A DNA stretch of 64,000 bases from an uncultured Alphaproteobacteria bacterium (GTDB lineage Bacteria; Pseudomonadota; Alphaproteobacteria; MPNO01; DASWLB01), in contig CAWFOW010000001.1 of NCBI GenBank assembly GCA_963817535.1, forward strand, positions 28,225 to 92,224. The letters run 5' to 3'. How positions within the stretch are numbered: the first letter of the stretch is position 1; the number at the start of each line of letters is the position of its first letter. Below the pieces are notes generated by a model. It was not told the origin of the DNA, searched no databases, and saw only the letters and a list, made by a program, of their open reading frames with translations. This document shows positions 27,355 through 36,365 of this stretch, piece after piece. A program made the translations under genes and the position numbers.

Positions 27355-29013
27355 TTAGCGCCCGCGACCGAGCCCGCCGAGCAGGCCGCGTACCGTATTC
27401 GTGACGGTCGAGACGATCGTAGTTGCCGGCGGCGTGACCGGGGGCGGGGTCACGACCGGCGGGGTCACAACCGGCGCCGAGACGACCGGCACGGTGACGG
27501 GCGGCAGCGTGACGGCTGGGACCGTGACGACCGGGGTGAGGCCGGCACGGTTACGGCCGGCACGGTTATGGGGGGGGTACTTACCACCGGTGTGCTGACC
27601 GCCGATGTCGAGGACTGCAGGTGTAGAAACGACGACTTGAATGGCGGCAGGAGCGTTGCTGTGAGCATTATTGACCAGCCCCGGCGGCGTGCCGCCATTT
27701 CCCGGATTGGCCGGAGCAGGACTTCCCGTCGCCACGGCGACCGCGGCCGGCGCGTTGGCGTTGTTGGCAAGGCCCGGCGGCGTACCGCCATTGCCGGGAT
27801 TGGCCGGAGCAGGGCTTCCCGTCGCCACGGCAACCGCGGCCGGGACGTCGGCGTTGCCATTGCCGTTGGCAAGGCCGGGCGCCGTGCCGCCATTGCCGGA
27901 ATTGTCGGTGGCGGCGACAGGTGCCACGGCGCTGGCGTTGCCGTTTGCGGCGACCTGGCTCGTGCTACTCGATGCGGCGTGATCCGCGTTCGCTTTGTCC
28001 GTGGCGGCAACTTCGCGTGACGGGCCCTGCGCGACGGATTCCACAGGTGCGGACGGGGTTGCGGCGACGACAAGGCCGCCGGTCGACTGGACGACGTCGA
28101 TGGACGGCGCACCCAGCGTTCGGGTGATCACGATGGAGGGCGTGTCACCGCCGCTGCGTCCGCTGGCCGGCAGCTCGACCGCCTGGTCGAGAACGACGGC
28201 TTTGGCGCCGCGCGGGGGATTGGCTTCCGGCGCCGGCGCCGTCACAACCTCGGCCAGCGCGGTGGACGTGGCAGGGACCACCCGCTGCGAGTCATGCTGC
28301 GCCGGGGCCGTGCGCTTCTCCTGGCCGTCTTCCTTTGCGGCCGGTTCGGGATCGGGCTCGGTCAAATCGACCTTGGACTTGCCGGTCCGCGGCGCGAGGC
28401 TGGTGTGGCCGCGATCGGTGATGGTCATGCGCGCGCCGGGCACGGACGACACGCGGGCGATCTGGCCAGGGCGTACCAGCGCGATGTCGGGCGAGCGCGA
28501 CGATGCCACCTGCACAGCGCCGCGCGTCACCTGCACGGCGCCGCCGTCCGGGCGGACGGTGACCGAGAACGCGGTGCCCTTCACGACGGCGGCGAGATAC
28601 GGCGTATCCACCTCGAAATGGCGTGCCGGGTTGTGCTCGATGTCGAACAGGATCGTGCCGACCGACTGCAGGAAGTCGGTGAGGCCGCTCGTGGCCTTGG
28701 CCGCCGGCACTGCGACGCGGCTGTTCGGCGCCAGCGTGACGACATCTTTCGCGCTCTTGAGGACAACGCGCGCGTCGGCGCCGGTCTCGATCATGGTGCC
28801 GGGTGTGACCGCGGCACCGGTCGCGACCCCCTGCCACGGGTCCAATCCGTGACGCAGGCGCGCCGAGCCGGAAACCGCCGTCACCCGCCAGGTGCCGGCC
28901 GCCTCGCCGGCGCGGGCGGTGGGCGCGAAAGAGACATGCAGGGCGAGGAGGGCGAGCGCCACAATCGCGCCGCCAAGGACCCGGCCAACACCCTTAACAA
29001 CCAATGTACTCAT
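27355..29013 (-). CDS. Exported FecR-domain protein with repetitive low-complexity tail
   Basis: Signal peptide; FEVDTPYLAAVVKGTAF FecR motif; Pro/Val/Thr/Asn repeats. Confidence 0.75.
   Translation of the reverse strand: MSTLVVKGVGRVLGGAIVALALLALHVSFAPTARAGEAAGTWRVTAVSGSARLRHGLDPWQGVATGAAVTPGTMIETGADARVVLKSAKDVVTLAPNSRVAVPAAKATSGLTDFLQSVGTILFDIEHNPARHFEVDTPYLAAVVKGTAFSVTVRPDGGAVQVTRGAVQVASSRSPDIALVRPGQIARVSSVPGARMTITDRGHTSLAPRTGKSKVDLTEPDPEPAAKEDGQEKRTAPAQHDSQRVVPATSTALAEVVTAPAPEANPPRGAKAVVLDQAVELPASGRSGGDTPSIVITRTLGAPSIDVVQSTGGLVVAATPSAPVESVAQGPSREVAATDKANADHAASSSTSQVAANGNASAVAPVAATDNSGNGGTAPGLANGNGNADVPAAVAVATGSPAPANPGNGGTPPGLANNANAPAAVAVATGSPAPANPGNGGTPPGLVNNAHSNAPAAIQVVVSTPAVLDIGGQHTGGKYPPHNRAGRNRAGLTPVVTVPAVTLPPVTVPVVSAPVVTPPVVTPPPVTPPATTIVSTVTNTVRGLLGGLGRGR
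27421..27627 (-). repeat. Degenerate 15-bp (pentapeptide T/S-x-P-x-V) tandem array
   Basis: TVPAV TLPPV TVPVV SAPVV TPPVV TPPPV; the array continues in another frame between about 27540 and 27613. Confidence 0.65.
27680..27900 (-). repeat. About 93-bp intragenic tandem repeat (roughly 2.3 copies)
   Basis: CCCGGCGGCGT at 27680 and 27773; encodes NPGNGGTPPGLANNANAPAAVAVATGSPAPA. Confidence 0.8.
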
Positions 29014-29270
29014 CCACGGTTTCCCGATCCTGCGCCCCTCCCCAAGAGCGCGCGTTTGGTAAAGCTCACTCGACGGAACGGACACGCAACTACTCCCTCG
29101 CCGCTCTAAGTATAGATGGTGTTGGTTAATAACAAATACTTTCGTATTCAAATTCTATAAAATACAAGTCGAATTTTTTATTCATTTATTTTTTCTTTAC
29201 GCGGCCTGCATATACGGGCTTCCGGTTGCGCCACGTTTCGGGTATCGGAAGGGCGTCTGGGGGAAGGGGT

Positions 29271-30971
29271 GTGACGTTGCTGGGGCGATTTGCGGCGCTC
29301 GCGATCGGTCTGTCCGCCATCGGTGTCGTAACGGCAGCCCGGGCACAGCAGGCGGCGCCGCGCGCGGCCGAACCCGGCCAGATCGAACGGCGCATCGAAC
29401 GGCCGCCGGCCGCGCCGATGGCGCCGCGTCCCAAGATCGCCCCAGTCGCGCGAGGCCCACAGCTCGAAATCACCGAGCGTCCGGGCACGTTCGTACTCAG
29501 CGGCGTCGACATCGAGGGGTCGACGGTCTACGACGGCGCCGAGCTCTCAAAGCTCTACGAGCCGCTGCTCGCGCGGCGCATCTCGCTGGTCGAGATCGAG
29601 CGGCTCCTTGCCGCGATCACCCGCAAGTACCATGCAGACGGCTACATCCTGTCGCGCGCGGTCGCGCCCCCGCAGAAAGTGTCGCTCGGCATCCTGAAGA
29701 TTCGGGTCATCGAAGGATATGTCGCACGCGTCACCTTTGTCGGCGACGCGCCCGGCGGCCAAGGGCTGCTCGAGGCCTATGGCCGCGCCGTCGTCGCCCA
29801 GCGGCCGTTGACCCAGTCAGTTCTGGAGCGTGAGACCCTGCTGATGGGCGACCTGCCCGGCATGACGGTGCGGCCGGCGCTGGTGCCTCTCGACGAATCG
29901 AAGGGCGAATACGAGCTGCGCGTGACGCTCGCGCGCGACGCCATTGCGGGGACGGCCGGCTTCGACAATCGCGGCACCGATTCCGTCGGACCGCTCGAGG
30001 CCTACGGCATCGCCGACTTCAACTCGGTGTTCGGTCGGCTCGAATCCACACGGCTCACCTTCTTCACAATCCCGAACCAGCCGCGCGAGCTGCTCTATGG
30101 CGAACTGCGCCACGACGAGCCGGTCGGCACCGATGGCGCGCGCCTTGCCCTCTCGGCCAGCCGCAGCTGGGTCGATGCGGGCGACGATCTCCGCTTCTCC
30201 GACGTCAACAGCCGCTCGCTCCGGTTTTCGGCGGAGATGACGTACCCGCTGCTGCGAAGCCGGACGGAAAGCCTGTTTCTAAGCGGCCAGACCTACTGGT
30301 CGGACAGCTTCCAGGACGTGCAGGGCGGCAAGGCCTTCGCCGACCGCGTGCGCGCGATCGTGGCCGGGGCACGCTACACGCTGTCGGACGAGCTGGGCGG
30401 CAATTCCGTCGTGGGAGTGGGCGTCGTGGCCGGGCTTCCGGTGCTCGACGCGTCGCGAAAGGGCGACATGCTACTGTCGCGCCCGCTCGGGACGGGCAGC
30501 TTCGCGAAGCTGACATTCAATGCGGCGCGCCAGCAGCGCATCGTGGGTCCGTGGAGCGCATTCGTTTCTGCGGCCGGCCAGACGGCCGACACGGTCCTGC
30601 TGTCGTCGGAGGAGTTCGGCGTCGGCGGGGCGCAGTTCGGGCGCGCCTACGATCCCTCCGAGATAACCGGGAGCCGCGGCGTCGCCGGCGCGGTCGAACT
30701 GCGCTACGACAATTCGATCGGCGGCCAGGGCATCGCGATCGGCTATCAGCTCTACGGCTTCGCCGATTACGGTGCAGTGTGGAACGATCCGGCGACGGGC
30801 GGCGTCGATCGCGACACGCTGGCCTCGGTCGGGCTCGGCGTGCGCACCGGTTGGGCCGGCCGGCTGTTCGGCGACGCCGAGCTGGCGTTCCCGCTGACCC
30901 GCGGCGTCGCGACGAATGGCGGCACAACCGACGGACCGCGCATCTTCTTCCGGCTGACGGCGACGTTCTAG
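29271..30971 (+). CDS. ShlB/FhaC/HecB-family (TpsB/Omp85) POTRA outer-membrane protein
   Basis: Signal peptide; POTRA Y...GYILSRA..P.Q; DNRG; GRAYDP; C-terminal Phe. Confidence 0.88.
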   Translation: MTLLGRFAALAIGLSAIGVVTAARAQQAAPRAAEPGQIERRIERPPAAPMAPRPKIAPVARGPQLEITERPGTFVLSGVDIEGSTVYDGAELSKLYEPLLARRISLVEIERLLAAITRKYHADGYILSRAVAPPQKVSLGILKIRVIEGYVARVTFVGDAPGGQGLLEAYGRAVVAQRPLTQSVLERETLLMGDLPGMTVRPALVPLDESKGEYELRVTLARDAIAGTAGFDNRGTDSVGPLEAYGIADFNSVFGRLESTRLTFFTIPNQPRELLYGELRHDEPVGTDGARLALSASRSWVDAGDDLRFSDVNSRSLRFSAEMTYPLLRSRTESLFLSGQTYWSDSFQDVQGGKAFADRVRAIVAGARYTLSDELGGNSVVGVGVVAGLPVLDASRKGDMLLSRPLGTGSFAKLTFNAARQQRIVGPWSAFVSAAGQTADTVLLSSEEFGVGGAQFGRAYDPSEITGSRGVAGAVELRYDNSIGGQGIAIGYQLYGFADYGAVWNDPATGGVDRDTLASVGLGVRTGWAGRLFGDAELAFPLTRGVATNGGTTDGPRIFFRLTATF

Positions 30972-30991
30972 CCGTTGCCGCATCCTGCCGG

Positions 30992-31297
30992 CTAGATCTC
31001 GACGAAGACCCGTCCGTCGCGCAGCGTCACCGGATAGGTGCGCGCAATCAGCTTGTCGTAGGTGACGCTCTTGCCGCTGCGCAGGTCGAAGCGGAAGCGG
31101 TGCCACGGGCAGATGATCTCGCAGCGGTCGGTACTGACGCGTCCTTCCCATAGCGGCCCGTCCTTGTGCGGACAGGTGGCGGCGAAAGCGAACACTTCGC
31201 CCGCAATTCGAAACAGGGCGATCCTGCGGCCAGCCAGTTCGACCAGGTGGCTGCCGCCGTCGGGAATGTCGGCGACGGCGCAGGCGGGTGAGCTCAT
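30992..31297 (-). CDS. Rieske [2Fe-2S] ferredoxin
   Basis: CPHK...CPWH; ATGA overlap with the upstream gene. Confidence 0.9.
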   Translation of the reverse strand: MSSPACAVADIPDGGSHLVELAGRRIALFRIAGEVFAFAATCPHKDGPLWEGRVSTDRCEIICPWHRFRFDLRSGKSVTYDKLIARTYPVTLRDGRVFVEI

Positions 31298-31878
31298 ACG
31301 TCCATCCACCCGGCGCGCCGGGCGCGTGCCTCGTCCGAACTGTCGGCCGCCGGGTCGAATCCGTGCACGGCGGGGTGGACGGTGCCGCACGACGTACAGG
31401 TGCGCGAGGCGGCATCGGCGTTGAACGCGCGGACATGATCGAGCTGGGTGCGCCAATAGCTCTCGGGGTCGCCACCCTTGGCGTGGCGATGGCGGACCAG
31501 CGCACCACCACAGCCGGGGCAGAACCACACCGTCTCTTCGGCGACGTCCGCGCCGTCGAGCCCGCCGATCAGCATGACATGGTACACGCCGTCCTCCTGC
31601 ACCGAGCGGACCCAGTTGGTGTCGGCCGCGCTCAGCCGCCAGAACCCGAACAGATGCTCGATATGGTAGGGCGTTCCCGCCGGGATCATGTTCAGCGCGT
31701 TGTCGGCGATGGGCAGGCGGACGATGCCGGCATCGCGCCATTCCCAGACCTCCAGCGGCGGATGGTCGAGCGGAAAGCGCGCATGCCAGATGTGGTGATC
31801 GCCGCTCGCCGCCCAGCGGCCGAACGGCATGTCGGGCGCGCGGAGCGCGAAATTGAGGCTAAGGACTGGCTCTTCCAT
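31294..31878 (-). CDS. 3-HAO-like cupin/rubredoxin protein, 'beta' type, copy 1
   Basis: IPAGTPY; WFCPGC...RTCTSCGTVHP. Confidence 0.65.
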   Translation of the reverse strand: MEEPVLSLNFALRAPDMPFGRWAASGDHHIWHARFPLDHPPLEVWEWRDAGIVRLPIADNALNMIPAGTPYHIEHLFGFWRLSAADTNWVRSVQEDGVYHVMLIGGLDGADVAEETVWFCPGCGGALVRHRHAKGGDPESYWRTQLDHVRAFNADAASRTCTSCGTVHPAVHGFDPAADSSDEARARRAGWMDV

Positions 31879-31914
31879 CTGTCGCGGTGCGGCGTCCTTG
31901 CGGTCGCCCTCCGG

Positions 31915-32553
31915 CTACCAGAGTTTGCGCGCCGCCGCCGTCTCCGGCGAATCCGTCGCGGTGTTCCAGCGATAGGCGAGCGGGTGGATCGCGCCGCATT
32001 CGGGGCAGGTGCGGTTGCCGATGTCGGCATTGAACGACAGGACCGCGTCGGTCTCGGCGCGCCAGAATCCGTTGAAGCCGAGCCGTCCGGTCTCGAATAC
32101 GAACTCGTGCAGCAGGGTCAGGCATTCGGCGCAGTACCACGAGAACCGGTCGGTCTCGCCGTCGCGCGGATAGCCCATGATCACCAGGAAATAGCCGGGT
32201 GCGTCGGCCTCGGGACCGGGCAAGGGCAGGTAGATCTCGTCCTTGTCGTTGACGTGCCAGTAGCCGAAATTGTGCGAGACGCGGTGCGGCGTGCCGCTGG
32301 TCGTCACGTGCATCTTCAGCGCCTCGTGGTGCCATTCGCTGATGCCGCGGGGGCCCATCTCGAAGTGCCGGCTGATATTGCCCTTGCGCGGGTCGTCCAC
32401 CGTGCCGCCGACGATCTTGCGCCGACGGACGCCGTAGATATTCTGGCCCATCGCCTTGAAGCTGGAGAATTTCGGTAGGACGCGATCCTCGAAGAAGTCC
32501 CAGTCCTCGGCGATTCGCTCGATAGGCTCCTTGACCATGAGTTCGGCGAACAT
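31915..32553 (-). CDS. 3-HAO-like cupin/rubredoxin protein, 'alpha' type, copy 1
   Basis: GTPH...WHVNDKDE; DRFSWYCAEC...RTCPECGAIHP, like the C-terminus of bacterial 3-hydroxyanthranilate 3,4-dioxygenase. Confidence 0.7.
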   Translation of the reverse strand: MFAELMVKEPIERIAEDWDFFEDRVLPKFSSFKAMGQNIYGVRRRKIVGGTVDDPRKGNISRHFEMGPRGISEWHHEALKMHVTTSGTPHRVSHNFGYWHVNDKDEIYLPLPGPEADAPGYFLVIMGYPRDGETDRFSWYCAECLTLLHEFVFETGRLGFNGFWRAETDAVLSFNADIGNRTCPECGAIHPLAYRWNTATDSPETAAARKLW

Positions 32554-32683
32554 AGCTCTCTCCCCGAGGCCCTGACGAAAATTTGCATCCGAAATCCGTT
32601 AGTTGATGCTAAGGTGACGAAGGAAGTCCGTCAAGTTCGGGCTCTGCCAAGCGCGTATTCCGTATTTCCTGCCCTTCGAGGAG

Positions 32684-33211
32684 ATGATTGTGGCGAAGCC
32701 TGACCGATCGCCTGCGTTGAAGGAATCGGCCGATTCGAAAGAGGCACGGCACGTCCTGCAGCGATCGCTGGGCTACCAAATTCGTGCCCTGCACCATGCG
32801 ATGCGCCAGGAGCTGGAGGCGCGCCTCGCCCGGCACGGCATCCCGTTCGGTATGGGCTATTACCTCCGCGCGCTGTGGGAAGCCGACGGTCTGACGCAGA
32901 AGGAGTTGAGCGCGCGCGCCGGCACGACCGAGCCGACCACGGTGGAGATGGTGCGCAAGATGGAGGCGCGCGGCATCGTCGAGCGGCGCCGCTCTCCCAC
33001 CGACCGGCGGAAGCTCCACGTCCATCTCACCCGCAAGGGCAAGCGTCTGGAAGCGAAGGCGTTGCCCTACATGATCGAGATTCAGGACATCGCGCTGGAG
33101 CAGATCAGCGAGGCGGAGGAGCGCATCTTCCGCTCGGTCCTCACGCGCATGCGCGCCAATCTGGACGGCTCGCGCGCCGACGCCAGGGATCACGACGAGA
33201 GCGCAGCCTGA
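32684..33211 (+). CDS. MarR family transcriptional regulator
   Basis: GLTQKELS, MEARGIVERR, DRR...LTRKG. Confidence 0.9.
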   Translation: MIVAKPDRSPALKESADSKEARHVLQRSLGYQIRALHHAMRQELEARLARHGIPFGMGYYLRALWEADGLTQKELSARAGTTEPTTVEMVRKMEARGIVERRRSPTDRRKLHVHLTRKGKRLEAKALPYMIEIQDIALEQISEAEERIFRSVLTRMRANLDGSRADARDHDESAA

Positions 33212-33220
33212 CCGCTCCGG

Positions 33221-33787
33221 TCACCATGCGATACGGGCGGCGGCTTCCTCGGGCGTATCGTCGTGAGGCTCGAACCCGTAGCCGAGCGGATGGGCACGTC
33301 GGCAGGCCGGGCAGGGCTCCGGCGCGCGGTTGAACGCGCGCACGCGCTGCAGCTGGAAGTCCCAGAACGCGACCAGCCCGTTCTTCTTCGTGTCGAACGG
33401 GTCGCGCCCCATCTCCTGGCCGCAGTGCGGGCAGATCCACACCACCGCGTCCTCCCGCACCGGCTGGGACAGGGCGGTCAGCAGCGCGGAGTACGTGCCC
33501 TCGGGCTCGGCGACGCGCATGTAGATCGTATCGGCGTCCGACGCGCGCCACGGCGCGAATCGATGAACCATCCGGTAGGGGCAGCCCGCCGGGATCAGGT
33601 GCATCATGCGGGGGTTCATCGGCAACAGAAGGATCTTGTCTTCGGGCTTGACCAGAAGCCGCCACGGCTCGTCCGTCTCGGGCTGCAGCCCGACCCACAT
33701 GCAGTAGTTGTTGGCGATCTGCCAGCCCGGTTGCTTCGCCAACTCTTCCAGGGAAAAGTCGAAATTGAGGACCGGCGCGTGCAGCAC
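33221..33787 (-). CDS. 3-HAO-like cupin/rubredoxin protein, 'beta' type, copy 2
   Basis: GTG overlaps the upstream TAG; IPAGCPY; WICPHC...CPAC..AHP. Confidence 0.65.
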   Translation of the reverse strand: MLHAPVLNFDFSLEELAKQPGWQIANNYCMWVGLQPETDEPWRLLVKPEDKILLLPMNPRMMHLIPAGCPYRMVHRFAPWRASDADTIYMRVAEPEGTYSALLTALSQPVREDAVVWICPHCGQEMGRDPFDTKKNGLVAFWDFQLQRVRAFNRAPEPCPACRRAHPLGYGFEPHDDTPEEAAARIAW

Positions 33788-34425
33788 TACCAGATCTCGC
33801 GCGCCAGCTTCTGCTCGGGAGTGTCCTTCGCGCTGTTCCACGAATAGGCCAGCGGGTTGACCGTGCCGCAATCGGGACAGGTGCGTCTGCGCACGTCGCC
33901 ATTATATTCGGCGATGGCGATGGTCTCCGCCTTCCAGAACCCTTCAAGCCCGAACTTGCCGGTGTTGTAGCGGTATTCGTGCAGCATGGTGTGGCATTGC
34001 TCGCAGTACCACGCCCAGCTCTCGCCCTCGCGCCCGGTGGGGGTCTGCATGATCACCACGAAGTGGCCGAACTCGTCGCCCGGCATGCGCGGCAGCGGCA
34101 GGTACAGTTCGTCCATGTCGTTGACGTGCCAGAAGCCGAACGAGTGCGGCACGCGATGCGGCGTGCCGCCCGTCGTGACGTGCACGCGCATCGGTTCCAT
34201 GTGGATGTTGACCACGCCGTCGGGACCGAGTTCGAGCGAGTCCGAATAGTTGCCCTTCTTCGGGTCGATGATGTCGGTCCGGGTGATGATGCGCCGACGG
34301 ATGCCATAGATGTTCTGGCCGACCTCCCGGAAGCCGGTGAACTTGCCCACGACGCGCTCGGCGAAAAAGTCCCAGTCGTCCGCGACCTTCTCGATCGGCT
34401 CCGCGATCGTCATCTCGTGAAACAT
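33787..34425 (-). CDS. 3-HAO-like cupin/rubredoxin protein, 'alpha' type, copy 2
   Basis: GGTPH...WHVNDMDE; WYCEQC...RTCPDCG. Confidence 0.7.
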   Translation of the reverse strand: MFHEMTIAEPIEKVADDWDFFAERVVGKFTGFREVGQNIYGIRRRIITRTDIIDPKKGNYSDSLELGPDGVVNIHMEPMRVHVTTGGTPHRVPHSFGFWHVNDMDELYLPLPRMPGDEFGHFVVIMQTPTGREGESWAWYCEQCHTMLHEYRYNTGKFGLEGFWKAETIAIAEYNGDVRRRTCPDCGTVNPLAYSWNSAKDTPEQKLAREIW

Positions 34426-34529
34426 GGCGGCGGCCCCGGATGTCCAGAAAGCCATGGACGCTAGCATGGCGTCCCGCTAGAGTCCATTCGTTAGGGGGCA
34501 AAGTAATTTGCCCATCGAGGGAGGAAGAA

Positions 34530-35546
34530 ATGAGGTCAATCGGGCTGGCCACCGGTCTGGCCGCGCTCGTCATCTTATTCGGGTCCGGAGCCGGCGCCCA
34601 GACGGGCGACGTCATCAAGCTCGGCGTGTCGGGTCGTCCCGACCAGGCGGCGCTCGAGCTCGCCCTCCGGCGCGGCTATTTCGAGCAGGAAGGGCTGAAG
34701 ATCGAGACGGTCCAGGGCACGACCGGCATGCAGATGCTGCCGTCGCTCGCGACCAACCAGCTCCAGGTGGCCAGCGGCTCGCCCAACGCGGCGCTCTACA
34801 ATGCCTTCAACCGCGGCATCGACATCAAGATCGTCGCGGACTTCGCTCATATCGGCGAAGGCGACGATCGCACGGTTGCGCTGATCGTGCGCTCCGACCT
34901 TCTCGATTCCGGTGCGGTGAAGACGATCGCCGACCTCAAGGGGCGGTCGATCTCCTACGGTCCCGGCCAGGGCCAGATCACCGACGTATTTTTTGCCAAG
35001 TTGCTGGCCAAGGCCGGGTTGACCAAGGCCGACGTGACGCCGCGCTATCTCAATTTCGGCGATACGATCCCGGCCCTTGCCAACAAGAGCCTCGATGCCG
35101 CTTTCATGGTCGAGCCGCTGGTCACGGTCGCCGAGGCGCGCAAGATCGCCCGCGTCATGGTGCCGGGCTCGGCGGTCGATCCGGGCGCGGAACTCGCGGT
35201 CGTCTACTACTCGCCGCAGTTCGCCAAGCGCACCGAGGAGGCGACCAAGTTCATGGTCGCCTTCCTCAGGGGCGCGCGCGACTACTACGACGCGTTCTTC
35301 CTGAACAAGGGCAAGGAGGCGGCGATCGACCTGCTGGTCAAGTATCTGCCCGTCAAGGATCGCCGCGTCTGGCAGACCTCGAAGCAGCACACCGACATGA
35401 ACGGAAAGGTCAACGTCGCCGATCTGAAGGCGCAGGCCGCCTTCTATCACAAGATCGGGCTGGTCACCGGTCCGGTTCCGGATGTCGACAAGTATGTCGA
35501 CACCTCGTTCGCCGAGGCGGCGGTGAAGCGCCTCGGCGCGCGCTAG
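34530..35546 (+). CDS. ABC transporter substrate-binding protein (NMT1/SsuA/TauA-like)
   Basis: Signal peptide; GYFEQEGL, IADLKGR, DAAFMVEP. Confidence 0.85.
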   Translation: MRSIGLATGLAALVILFGSGAGAQTGDVIKLGVSGRPDQAALELALRRGYFEQEGLKIETVQGTTGMQMLPSLATNQLQVASGSPNAALYNAFNRGIDIKIVADFAHIGEGDDRTVALIVRSDLLDSGAVKTIADLKGRSISYGPGQGQITDVFFAKLLAKAGLTKADVTPRYLNFGDTIPALANKSLDAAFMVEPLVTVAEARKIARVMVPGSAVDPGAELAVVYYSPQFAKRTEEATKFMVAFLRGARDYYDAFFLNKGKEAAIDLLVKYLPVKDRRVWQTSKQHTDMNGKVNVADLKAQAAFYHKIGLVTGPVPDVDKYVDTSFAEAAVKRLGAR

Positions 35547-35602
35547 TGCCTGTCGGCTGGCCAGTGCTGGGCCGTTCGCAACCCGTTGCATAAGGTCGAA
35601 GG

Positions 35603-36349
35603 ATGCGCGTGATCATCGAGACTCTCAGCTATCCCGCCGACGACGGTGCGACCGTAGCCGCCTATCTCGCCCGTCCCGACGGCAAGGGCCCGTTTCCCGC
35701 CATCGTCCTCGGTTACGAATTTTGGGGCATGCTCGAGGTGCCGGGCGGCGGGCCGCACATGCGCGACGTTGCCGGACGCTTCGCCGCGGCGGGCTACGTC
35801 GCCGCCGTGCCGGACTACTACGCCGCGCGCGGCCAGCAGCCGACGATGGAAGGCGGCACCATCAAGGGCGGGCCGTCCGACGAGCAGTCCGGCCGCGACC
35901 TCGAGGCCTGCGTGCGCTGGCTGGCGGCGCGGCCCGACGTGGACGGGTCGCACATCGGCACGATCGGCTGGTGCGGCGGCGGGCGCCAGGCGCTGTTCCT
36001 TGCCGCACGGTCGGACGCCATCCGCGCCTGTGCCTCGTTCTACGGCCGTCCGGTGAACCGGCCGAACCAGCCGAAACCCGGCCCGATCGACGTCGTGCCG
36101 CAAATCCGCTGCCCGGTATTCGGCGCCTACGGCGAGGACGACAAGGCGATCCCTGTCGAGACCGTGCGCGAGTTCGAGGCGGCGCTCGACCGCGCCGGCG
36201 TCGCGCACGAGATCCACTACTATCCCGGCGCCGGCCATGCCTTCATGAACGACCAGCGCGACAGCTATTACGAGCCCGCGGCGAACGAATCCTGGCAATC
36301 CGTGTTGGCCTTCTTCGGCCGCCATCTCGGCGCCGGTGCGGCGGCATGA
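35603..36349 (+). CDS. Dienelactone hydrolase family protein
   Basis: EFWG, GWCGGG nucleophile, YPGAGHAF. Confidence 0.88.
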   Translation: MRVIIETLSYPADDGATVAAYLARPDGKGPFPAIVLGYEFWGMLEVPGGGPHMRDVAGRFAAAGYVAAVPDYYAARGQQPTMEGGTIKGGPSDEQSGRDLEACVRWLAARPDVDGSHIGTIGWCGGGRQALFLAARSDAIRACASFYGRPVNRPNQPKPGPIDVVPQIRCPVFGAYGEDDKAIPVETVREFEAALDRAGVAHEIHYYPGAGHAFMNDQRDSYYEPAANESWQSVLAFFGRHLGAGAAA

Positions 36350-36365
36350 TCTTGCGGAGCGGCAG

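Noticed and set aside
27421-27900. Repeats as a possible CRISPR array
   Set aside because: They are codon-phased intragenic repeats with no unique spacers and no cas genes nearby.
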